From: Candidatus Levyibacteriota bacterium
GTDB taxonomy: Bacteria; Patescibacteriota; Microgenomatia; Levybacterales; UBA12049
Assembly (NCBI GenBank): GCA_049519175.1
Contig: JBEKQZ010000001.1
Span: forward strand, 224,043-288,042
Reading direction: 5' to 3'
Length of the DNA stretch: 64,000 nt
A program made the position numbers and the translations under genes. Positions 59,735 to 64,000 of the stretch are shown in pieces. The notes under the pieces are model-generated. The model searched no databases. It saw only the letters and a list, made by a program, of their open reading frames with translations, and was not told where the DNA came from. The first letter of the stretch is position 1, and every line of letters starts with the position of its first letter.

Positions 59735-60670
59735 ATGATTAGCGCAGTCGTCCCGGCATTCAATGAGGAAGAAAGCCTTAATGAGCTTTATAAGGTTTTG
59801 TCAGTAAATTTACTTAAGCTTGGTCAAGAATACGAAATAATTTTTGTTGATGACGGCTCAACCGACTCCACGCTTCAAATTCTGCAAAAATTAGCCTCAA
59901 AAGATAAAACCATCAGAATTTTCTCTTTTCGGAAAAACCGCGGTAAAGCAGAAGCGTTAACGGTTGGTTTTCAAATGGCAAAAGGGGATTATATTGTCAC
60001 TTTGGATGCGGATTTGCAGGATCGACCGGAAGAAATAAAAAAACTTTTAGATAAGGCAAAGGAAGGCTTTGATTTAGTTTCCGGTTGGAGAAAAGACAGA
60101 AAAGACGCGCTTAGAACCAGATTGTCTTCCCAGTTCTTTAATTTTATCATGAGTTCCTTTTGGGGAGTGCACTTGCACGACTATAATTGCGGATTAAAAC
60201 TTTATACTAAAGAAGCTGCCAGAAGCCTTAACTTATACGGAGGAATGTACCGGTTTATTCCTTTGCTGGTGGCGGAAAAAGGTTTTGAAGTTACAGAAAT
60301 TCCGGTTGTCCACGAAAAAAGAAAATTCGGAAAATCGAAATACGGATTTTCCAAAATCTTTCGGGATGTCCCCGATATGTTTACAATCCTTTTCCTCTCT
60401 AAATACGCCAAAAGACCCTTGCATTTCTTCGGCTTTGTGGGTGGAATAATTTCGGCCATTGGATTTTTTATAATGATATATCTTACAATTTTGCATTTTA
60501 TGGGACAGCGGATAGGAAATAGGCCCCTACTTACTTTCGGAATGCTCTTGATGCTGGCGGGATTACAACTTTTGTTTACCGGTCTTTTGGCCGACTTGAT
60601 TTTGCATATCTCCCAAAAAGATAGTCAGGGCATAAATCTTAACGAGGGTTTTAAATATAAGACCAAATGA
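59735..60670 (+). CDS. GT2, ArnC/GtrB-like undecaprenyl-phosphate glycosyltransferase
   Basis: PAFNEE, FVDDGSTD, GKAEAL, LDADLQD, DYNCGLK, YRFIP, two C-terminal TM helices. Confidence 0.9.
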   Translation: MISAVVPAFNEEESLNELYKVLSVNLLKLGQEYEIIFVDDGSTDSTLQILQKLASKDKTIRIFSFRKNRGKAEALTVGFQMAKGDYIVTLDADLQDRPEEIKKLLDKAKEGFDLVSGWRKDRKDALRTRLSSQFFNFIMSSFWGVHLHDYNCGLKLYTKEAARSLNLYGGMYRFIPLLVAEKGFEVTEIPVVHEKRKFGKSKYGFSKIFRDVPDMFTILFLSKYAKRPLHFFGFVGGIISAIGFFIMIYLTILHFMGQRIGNRPLLTFGMLLMLAGLQLLFTGLLADLILHISQKDSQGINLNEGFKYKTK

Positions 60671-61239
60671 AGATAGGAATTGACATCTCACAGTTGGCGT
60701 ATCCCGAAACGGGAGTGGCAAACTATTTGCAAAATCTCGTTCAGAATTTAATCGAAATAGACAAAAAAAACGAATATATACTTTTTTTCTCTTCGTTAAG
60801 AGGAAAACTTAAAACTGAAAACTTAAAGCTAAAGAGTAGCCTAAATGTTCAAATAAAAACTTTTCGGATTCCGCCGACAATTCTGGATATTCTTTGGAAT
60901 AAGCTGCATATATTGCCGATAGAAAGCCTAATTGGCGATGTTGATATTTTTATTACCTCTGACTGGACAGAGCCGCCCGCCAAGAAGGCCAAAAAAGTGA
61001 CTATCCTCTATGATTTGATAGTCTATAAATATCCTGGGGAATCTCATCACCAAACTAGCTTTAATCCGCTCAAGTTAATTATTTCGCCCAATATTGTCGA
61101 TGTTCAAAAGCGGAAATTGAAGTGGGTTAAAAAAGAATCTCAAAGAATCTTTTGTATCTCAGAAGCGACCAAAAAAAATGCAGAGGAGATTTTAGGAATT
61201 CCCCAAAACAAGCTAGCGGTAATTTACCCGGGTTTCTAG
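60667..61239 (+). pseudogene. GT4 N-terminal domain only (truncated gene or stand-alone half)
   Basis: MKIGIDIS, TGVANY, ILYDL, ISEATK; ends VIYPGF* with no EX7E C-terminal domain. Confidence 0.6.
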
Positions 61240-61280
61240 ACATATCTGGAAATATCTGGTAATATCTGGAAGTATATGGA
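61237..61280 (+). promoter_or_regulatory. Fic promoter (TAGACA-17-TAATAT, with TG extension) overlaid by four 10-bp direct repeats
   Basis: CATATCTGGA AATATCTGGT AATATCTGGA AGTATATGGA at 61241-61280. Confidence 0.6.
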
Positions 61281-62253
61281 AATTCCTCTAGAGTATGAAT
61301 TAACGAAGGTAATGGTCGATTTGATCTCCAAAATCGAAGCAAAAAAGGCAATTATTGAAACTACTCCGGTTTCGGAACGCTTAACAAAAACACTGCGAAG
61401 ACAGTCTCTCCTTAAAAGTTCTTTATTTTCCGCCAAAATTGAAGGCAATAAGCTTAATTTATCAGATTTGAAACGTCTAGATAAGTTTGACCCGGATTAC
61501 GAGCAAAGAATTGAAGTGGAAAATATTTTATCGGCATTATCTTTCGTAAACGGCGATCCGCATAGAAACATTAACCTTGATTATATCTTAAGTTTACACG
61601 CAATAGTCATGAAGCATTTGGGAAGCGATTTAGGAAGAATACGCAACGAACCGAGCGCAATATTTAACGAATCGGGCTTCCCTGTCTATATTCCGCCTCC
61701 GCCATCCGAGCTTGGGGGTTTGCTTGATAGGCTCGTTTCCTATATTGGTATTAAGACAAATGAAAATGTTTTGATCAAAGCTTCTCTTACGCATCTCTCT
61801 TTTGAGAAAATCCATCCTTTTATTGACGGCAACGGCAGAGTAGGAAGGCTTTTGTTCCACGCAGTCGCCATAAAAGAAGGCTACGATTTTAAAGGACTAC
61901 TCTCCATAGAAGAATTATTGAATGAAAGAAAAGCCGAATATTATGAATATTTGGATAGAAGCGATGCGACTTCATTTATAGAATTCATGCTGGAAATCAT
62001 CAATGGACAGCTTCAGAAGGTGCTTGATGAGATTAATAATAAGCAAGAAACCTCGGAAGATTTGCTTTTGCCCCGCAGAAAAGAGATATTAGATGTAATA
62101 AGGGATCATGGGGTGATGTCCTTAGATTCCATACGAAGACGTTTTCTTAAGGTATCTTCCAGGATGATTAGATATGATTTAAAGAAACTGGAAGAACAAG
62201 GATTTATAATTAAACTTGGAACTACCAGGGGAGCAATGTATAAGCTAAAATAA
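61276..62253 (+). CDS. Fic-domain protein with a C-terminal DeoR-like winged HTH
   Basis: Canonical HPFIDGNGRVGR; N-terminal SAKIEGN inhibitory motif; VSSRMIRYDLKKLEEQGFI HTH. Confidence 0.9.
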   Translation: MEIPLEYELTKVMVDLISKIEAKKAIIETTPVSERLTKTLRRQSLLKSSLFSAKIEGNKLNLSDLKRLDKFDPDYEQRIEVENILSALSFVNGDPHRNINLDYILSLHAIVMKHLGSDLGRIRNEPSAIFNESGFPVYIPPPPSELGGLLDRLVSYIGIKTNENVLIKASLTHLSFEKIHPFIDGNGRVGRLLFHAVAIKEGYDFKGLLSIEELLNERKAEYYEYLDRSDATSFIEFMLEIINGQLQKVLDEINNKQETSEDLLLPRRKEILDVIRDHGVMSLDSIRRRFLKVSSRMIRYDLKKLEEQGFIIKLGTTRGAMYKLK

Positions 62254-62257
62254 GAAT

Positions 62258-63379
62258 ATGATAATCGGAATTGACGGAAACGAGGCAAACATTGAAGCTA
62301 AAGTCGGCATCAGCGAATATGCCTATGAGTTGCTTTGCCAATTTTCTAAAATTGCATCTTCTAGAAAAGACCTAAAGTTCAAAATTTATTTAAAAAGTAA
62401 TCCGAGAGTGGAAATGCCGGTACCAACCGAAAACTGGCAGTACCAAATAGTTCATCCGAAGAAATTTTGGACGCAAATTGGTTTACCGTTAAAACTTTTT
62501 ATGGAAACAAAAAAACCAGATGTGTTTTTTAGTCCTTCACACTACGCCCCAAGATTCTCGCCTGTTCCAACCGCAATTTCGATTATGGATTTGTCCTACA
62601 TTCATTTTCCCGAGCTTTTTACCAAGCACGATTTGTATCAATTAGTGAATTGGACTAAATATTCCGCCAAAAACGCCAAAAAAATATTCACAATTAGTAA
62701 TTTCAGTAGAGATGATATAATCAAAACATATAAGAAAAAACTGGCAGACGTAGTCACGACTTATTTAGGAATAAAAGAAATATTAAGTAACAAGTATCAA
62801 GTATTAAGTATGGACGATTTAAATAAAAAGTTTGGAATTGAAAAACCCTACATTTTGTTTGTCGGAACGCTCCAGCCTCGAAAAAACATTGTTAAGTTAA
62901 TTGAAGCTTTTTCACTACTCAAAAATAAAGATGTTGAGTTAGTCATTGTGGGTAAAAAAGGTTGGTTGTGGGAAGATATTTTCGCCGCGCCGGAAAAATT
63001 CAAAGTCGCAGAAAAAGTTAAATTTTTAGATTTTGTGGGGAACGAAGACTTACCCAGTTTTTACAAAAACGCACTTTGTTTTGTGTTGCCAAGTTTGTAT
63101 GAAGGTTTTGGGTTGCCGGTTTTGGAAGCGATGAAATTTGGTTGCCCAACGGTAATTAGTGATGTTTCCAGTTTGCCCGAAGTCGGAGGAGATGCTTGCC
63201 TCTATGTTGACCCGCAAAGCGTTGACGATATTGCCCAAAAGCTCAATACGGTAATTTCGGATGAAAAATTACGAGCCGAAATGGTTAAAAAAGGTTATAA
63301 TCAAGTCAAGAAGTTTTCTTGGGAAAAGACAGCCAAGGAAACCTTAAAAGCGCTGGAGGAACTGGGAAAACAAAAATGA
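62258..63379 (+). CDS. GT4 glycosyltransferase
   Basis: VGISEY, SIMDL, VGTLQPRKN, PSLYEGFGLPVLEAM, FSWEK. Confidence 0.92.
   Translation: MIIGIDGNEANIEAKVGISEYAYELLCQFSKIASSRKDLKFKIYLKSNPRVEMPVPTENWQYQIVHPKKFWTQIGLPLKLFMETKKPDVFFSPSHYAPRFSPVPTAISIMDLSYIHFPELFTKHDLYQLVNWTKYSAKNAKKIFTISNFSRDDIIKTYKKKLADVVTTYLGIKEILSNKYQVLSMDDLNKKFGIEKPYILFVGTLQPRKNIVKLIEAFSLLKNKDVELVIVGKKGWLWEDIFAAPEKFKVAEKVKFLDFVGNEDLPSFYKNALCFVLPSLYEGFGLPVLEAMKFGCPTVISDVSSLPEVGGDACLYVDPQSVDDIAQKLNTVISDEKLRAEMVKKGYNQVKKFSWEKTAKETLKALEELGKQK
62777..62811 (+). repeat. In-frame heptamer repeat GAAATAT TAAGTAA CAAGTAT CAAGTAT TAAGTAT
   Basis: Read directly; lies in the GT4 interdomain linker. Confidence 0.7.
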
Positions 63380-63927
63380 ATAAAATTTTGAGACGAATCA
63401 AAACAGTTTTTTGGGAATTAGTATGTTGGAAACTAGCCGTTACAGGCTACATTCCCTCGCATTATTTGAGAAGATTCGTCTATCGATTTTGGGGCATAAA
63501 AATCGGCAAAGGCTCAACAATTCACATGGGGGCGCACTTTTATTATTCTCCAAATATTTCAATCGGACAGGATTCAATAATTGGTGAAGGAGTAGTTTTG
63601 GATGGACGTGATAAACTAACCATCGGAAATCACGTTGATATAGCTTCGGAAGTAATGATTTATAATGCACAGCATGATGTTCACGACGAGAATTTTAAGG
63701 CAATCTCTTCTCCTGTTACTATTGAAGATTACGTATTTATTGGACCAAGAGCAATCATTTTACCGGGTGTCACAATCAAAAAAGGCGCGGTAGTTGGCGC
63801 CGGCGCAGTGGTCACAAAGGATGTAGAAGAATTTAAAATTGTCGGTGGAGTGCCGGCCAAAGAAATCACTGATAGACAAAACAAAAATCCCAACTATAAA
63901 CTTGGCAGAGCCGCATGGTTTAGGTAA
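63376..63927 (+). CDS. Hexapeptide-repeat (LbH) O-acetyltransferase
   Basis: ATG 63376; IGKGSTI, IGQDSII, PVTIEDYVFIG, GAVVGAGAVVTKDV, GGVPAK. Confidence 0.9.
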   Translation: MNKILRRIKTVFWELVCWKLAVTGYIPSHYLRRFVYRFWGIKIGKGSTIHMGAHFYYSPNISIGQDSIIGEGVVLDGRDKLTIGNHVDIASEVMIYNAQHDVHDENFKAISSPVTIEDYVFIGPRAIILPGVTIKKGAVVGAGAVVTKDVEEFKIVGGVPAKEITDRQNKNPNYKLGRAAWFR

Positions 63928-64000
63928 ATCGTTCTAATCTTATGGATTTATCGATAATAATTTTAAGTTTTAACACGAAAGATTTAACGCTTGCCTGCAT

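Noticed and set aside
61241-61280. CRISPR array or replication iterons
   Set aside because: The units are 10 nt with no spacers, and there is no cas or rep gene.
1093-63670. Dozens of short alternative-frame and minus-strand ORFs (60-168 aa) in the ORF track
   Set aside because: They lie within or across well-supported longer genes and have no recognisable motifs; these are shadow ORFs. Only 7134-7370 was kept.
1-64000. Alternative genetic code (TGA read-through) as the cause of the split genes
   Set aside because: TGA ends many full-length genes in ATGA overlaps, and both split genes end at TAA with a frame change.
63985-64000. GCTTGCCTGCAT at the window edge as the left arm of another REP-like hairpin
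   Set aside because: Truncated by the window end; the partner arm cannot be seen.

Overview
The whole window is one almost unidirectional (+ strand), tightly packed, AT-rich surface-glycosylation locus of about 50 genes using the standard genetic code. Gene content and style suggest a Patescibacteria/CPR (Microgenomates-like) bacterium; this is inference. It encodes about 17 polytopic GT-C-like transferases (YfhO-like, ArnT/PMT-like, GT87-like, AftD-like), 10 GT2s (5 of them polyprenol-phosphate sugar synthase-like), 4 GT4 genes (one a half-gene), two Wzx-type flippases, GalE, methyl- and acyltransferases and a Fic protein. The most interesting part is an embedded 10-kb cassette (30.5-40.7 kb): rfbF, rfbG, archaeal-type PEP carboxylase, transaldolase, an AroB-like enzyme, an HpcH-like aldolase, a ThDP carboligase, two reductases and a GT2. 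It reads as a self-contained route to a long-chain C4-branched (caryophyllose-type) or carbocyclic sugar. Other highlights: one uncharacterised extracytoplasmic domain fused to three different enzyme families; two frameshifted GT-C genes (one at an (AT)n tract); a 134-bp near-identical tract between paralogues; in-frame heptamer repeats and a REP-like hairpin inside coding sequences; leaderless-type promoters; and 10-bp tandem repeats over the Fic promoter. No rRNA, tRNA, CRISPR array, transposase or integrase was seen. All functional calls come from motifs recognised by eye, not from database searches.
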